Source: Tubiluchus corallicola
Taxonomy: Eukaryota > Animalia > Priapulida
Assembly (NCBI GenBank): GCA_030141605.1
Contig: JAQGDQ010000011.1
Span: 926,066-990,065, forward strand
Direction: 5' to 3'
Length of the DNA stretch: 64,000 nucleotides
In this document: one piece after another, positions 60,701 to 64,000 of the stretch
Layout of the letters: the number at the start of each line of letters is the position of its first letter
Numbering within the stretch: position 1 is the first letter of the stretch
The notes under the pieces: model-generated
What the model was told of the DNA's origin: nothing
What the model saw: only the letters and a program-made list of their open reading frames with translations
The model's database searches: none
Program-made: the position numbers and the translations under genes

Positions 60701-61888
60701 TTGTAACATTTTTTGCATGAATATTAGGTAAGCTGCAACAGTTTGAGATTAAGCAGCAAGCTTACGGAAGCCATGAAGCGGCTACGTGAAGTGACGAAAT
60801 CCACCAGTTACGTCATAATTTTCAAATGAATGGTTGCTACCACCGCACCTGAAAATTTATTATAGTGGTAGTAGAAATTAACTTTATGCTTTCTAGAGAG
60901 TTCTTGTGCAAATTTCTTTGTTATATTTTTCTAAGTTACAGTGATAACAATAAAATAAACCCAACATACTAAGTGACTGCCCTTTCCTTCAACATCGAGT
61001 TACCATTCACATGCATTTCATTTTACTTTAGTTTATTTTATTTTTCTTTGTTTTTTTGTTTTGTTTTTTGTTGCCCTTTTCCGTTTTATGGAAGTTACCC
61101 TATTAATTTGTTGTTTTAACCTTGTTAAAATAGTAGGAACTAGGCAATTGTGTATCCACAAAAACGGGTTACCAGGAAATGGCAGCAAAATTCGTCCAAA
61201 GGTCAAAGTAAGTCACGTGATTAGCTCATCCCTGGCGCTGCAGCAAGACTTTCACCACATGAACAATACCAATGGAACAATGGCGGACTGTTCTTCTATG
61301 TGCATACGCTGTGTAGTTCTGCTAAAAGGTTTTAATGAGATGTAAGAAACAGATGTGGGTTTTGTCCCAGCGAACTTTTCAGTAAGGCACATGCACTGTT
61401 CCGTTACAATGGTACCTTGCCTACTCTGCTAAATGTGTAACAACGACCTAGAGCTAAATTTAGCTGCACTGGTGCCTTCCCAAAGGTAGACACCAAAAGA
61501 TTTTTTGAGAAAAATATTTGTTAAACCGTTTGTGATAACAATGGGTACAGCTTTCAAGATACAGCCACCTCAAGCCAAATAACTCAGTAAAGTTTTGATT
61601 TGTAAATCATTAGAAAAATGACAAAGAGCCGAAAGTCCAAACGACTGAGTACAGGGTGGTTCATAACCTTTTGCTAGGTAAGGGGGTGCAAAAGCAACGA
61701 GCAACAGTGCAGTTCAATTTATTATATGCCCTCAAAATTTGATGTGGAAGGCTCATGCTTCTCGCACAGCCTGCAATCTTGAGGGTATGCTTGGTACACT
61801 TAATTGTTCAGTGAAATTTCAAATAAGACTGCCCAAGATACATAGCTTTGTGTCATGAATGAATTATAAAGATTACGGAATTCTTAAT

Positions 61889-62210
61889 TCATCATCGTCA
61901 TATGCACATCATGTCTATTGTAGACATTGGGCAAGCAGAATTCTAAATTAAAAGAAATCTGTCCTCAAGACAGGTAAACACAGCAAGTGGCTGAAGTAAA
62001 AGCAATGCGAGAAATCTTTATTGCACACATGAGACACAAAGTGTTTTTTGCTATTGCTTTTTCATAGATTACGTCTCTTGTAGGATTTTTTGCTGGATTA
62101 CTGTTTTATTTACCTGTCTGAAGGGCAGATTTCTTTTATTTTAGAATTCTGCTTGTCCAATATGTCTACAACAGACGTGATTGGCTTATGGTTATGATGA
62201 TGATGATGAT
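61889..62210. mobile_element. MITE-like foldback element with ~100-bp imperfect terminal inverted repeats
   Basis: TGTAGACATTGGGCAAGCAGAATTCTAAATTAAAAGAAATCTGTCCTCAAGACAGGTAAA (~61919-61978) is mirrored by TTTACCTGTCTGAAGGGCAGATTTCTTTTATTTTAGAATTCTGCTTGTCCAATATGTCTACA (~62109-62170). Confidence 0.75.
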
Positions 62211-63372
62211 TGTAGGTGTAATCGCCGCAGACTATACTGAACACGGAGACATTTGTTACTACTAGACGTACTTTAAAGAGGAATAAAATGGAATTTTAAA
62301 GTATGTATCAAAAAACTTTCAGTACAAAGTTATATTACTTAGCGTTACACTTAGCTATTTGAATTATCTATGTAGTTGGAAAAGAAAATTCTTAGTAATG
62401 TAAAATATTCGCGCCACCTGGTAAAGCGGCAGTGCAACAACATCCCAGTGTGCACCACTGATTCACCAAAATACGTTATTGATCTTATTGAGAATATAAA
62501 GTAATTTAAATTTTTGCTTAGTTAACGAAGAGCGTGCTACGAATGCTTTGATTATTTTTCCAAACTTTACACACTAAACTTACCGCAAACGCCTTACCGT
62601 TAAAATGGCTGCGCCTAATGGTCATCGCGTGAGTTTAAATTTATACAGAGTTGCTTTTGCTAGCTCAGGCCCTATATGCAATAAGTCGTTATGTAAGTGA
62701 TATAAAATTTTAAGATGAATTTTTTAAGCTTTAGTGAGGAGTGTTTTCTTGTGCATTAAATAAACGTAACTAGCTTGATTAATTAGTAGTTAACGAGCCT
62801 ATAATTGTAACGAGACAGTAAAAAAACGGTGAAGGGTAGCAATTCAGCATTTATGAAAACTTATGTTGATCCACGGAAAGCTGCTACTGCTTGCTAAAGC
62901 GCTACAAAAACCAATCCTTTAATAGCGCCCTCTCTTTTCTTTTACAAAAGTCATTCAAACCATGTATAATGCAACTGGGTGAATGTTACATATTACTAAT
63001 TCAAAATGGTACTTTATAAACGACAATGTTGTTATTGTACTTAACATTAGGCAGATTATAGCTACCCGGTAGTAGGTTGTTACTATCGGGAAATGGAAGT
63101 GTTTGTCGCTGCCTGTAGCGCACGGATGTAATACGGCACTGAAAATAGCCTTATAATTTCAAACAGGGAAAGTACTGTTCGTCAAACACCCAAAATTATT
63201 TTGCTCTGATAGTTAAGTGTGCAAGACACGTGCTTGATTTGTAGTATCATCAAACAATATTGGTTACTTGCTTATGGTAATTTGCTTTCAAATACGTTAA
63301 TTATTTACAAAGAGTACTTGAAAAAACATGTTTAGATTGTAGGTACGCAAACTGCTATGTCATTTGCCCATG

Positions 63373-63612
63373 GGTTGATTGGTTGGTAAATTGATCGATC
63401 GGTTGGTATGGTTGGTTAGTTGGTTGGTTGGTTCGCTGGTTGGTTGATTGGTTAGTTGGTTAGTTGGTTGGTTTGTTTGTTGGTTGGTTGGTTAATTTGT
63501 CGGCTGGTTAGTTATTTAGCTGATTTGCTGGTCGGTTGATCAATCAAATGGTCAGTCAGTCGGTCAGTTGGTTAGTCATCGATTAGTCAGTTAACCCAGT
63601 TAGTTAGCCTAG
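63373..63612. repeat. Degenerate (GGTT/AGTT/AGTC)n microsatellite
   Basis: Direct reading. Confidence 0.85.
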
Positions 63613-64000
63613 TTATTTTATTTGCTTAGTTGCATGTCTACCAGTTGGCCTGTTTTCTTTACTGTTTGCCTTTCCTGTTAACTGGCTTCTCCAGCCGTTT
63701 GTCTGTCTCTCTGTTTATCATTTATAATTTGCAGATTTGTGATTCTAGGTAATTAGACATCACTTTCACCTGTTTATAATTCTACTATCTTTTAGTTCAC
63801 CCTGCAGAATAAGGATTATTCATCTCGACATTTACGATGGACATCTGAAGAGCTACACCCGTACATACATCAAGGAAGTACAATAATTATAAAAAAATTC
63901 TTCTGTCTTTAAATAAAAGCTAATGTTACTAACTAAATATATGAGAATAACCGCTTAACCGACTAAGTCATATCTTGAATACAACTTCAAATCTCACAGT

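Overview
AT-rich, repeat-dense genomic DNA from an invertebrate animal (GT-AG introns, microsatellites, SINEs). Four spliced host genes can be reconstructed: (1) the 5' part of a GABA-B-receptor-like class C GPCR (- strand, 7 exons, 1347-5091, probably continuing beyond the left edge); (2) a GPI-anchored Ly6/uPAR three-finger protein (- strand, 3 exons, 10537-14838); (3) a ~926-aa secreted Thr/Ser/Glu-rich mucin-like protein ending in a TSP1-like domain (+ strand, 4 exons, 22380-30983); (4) a secreted Gly/Tyr/His-rich protein (- strand, 2 coding exons, 34037-36573). The main finding is in intron 2 of gene 3: a ~3.8-kb R2-clade (lineage A-like: 3 zinc fingers + Myb + RT + CCHC + RLE) non-LTR retrotransposon that is not in 28S rDNA. 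It splits a tRNA-derived SINE at its conserved central motif (GACTTTA|AAAATAGTAC). An uninterrupted copy of that SINE at ~868-1124 shows the empty site, which loosely resembles the canonical 28S R2 target. This suggests a SINE-targeting or relaxed-specificity R2 lineage, although one insertion cannot prove it. From ~38 kb onward there are no confident exons, only microsatellites, MITE-like elements and decayed Tc1/mariner and LINE fragments.
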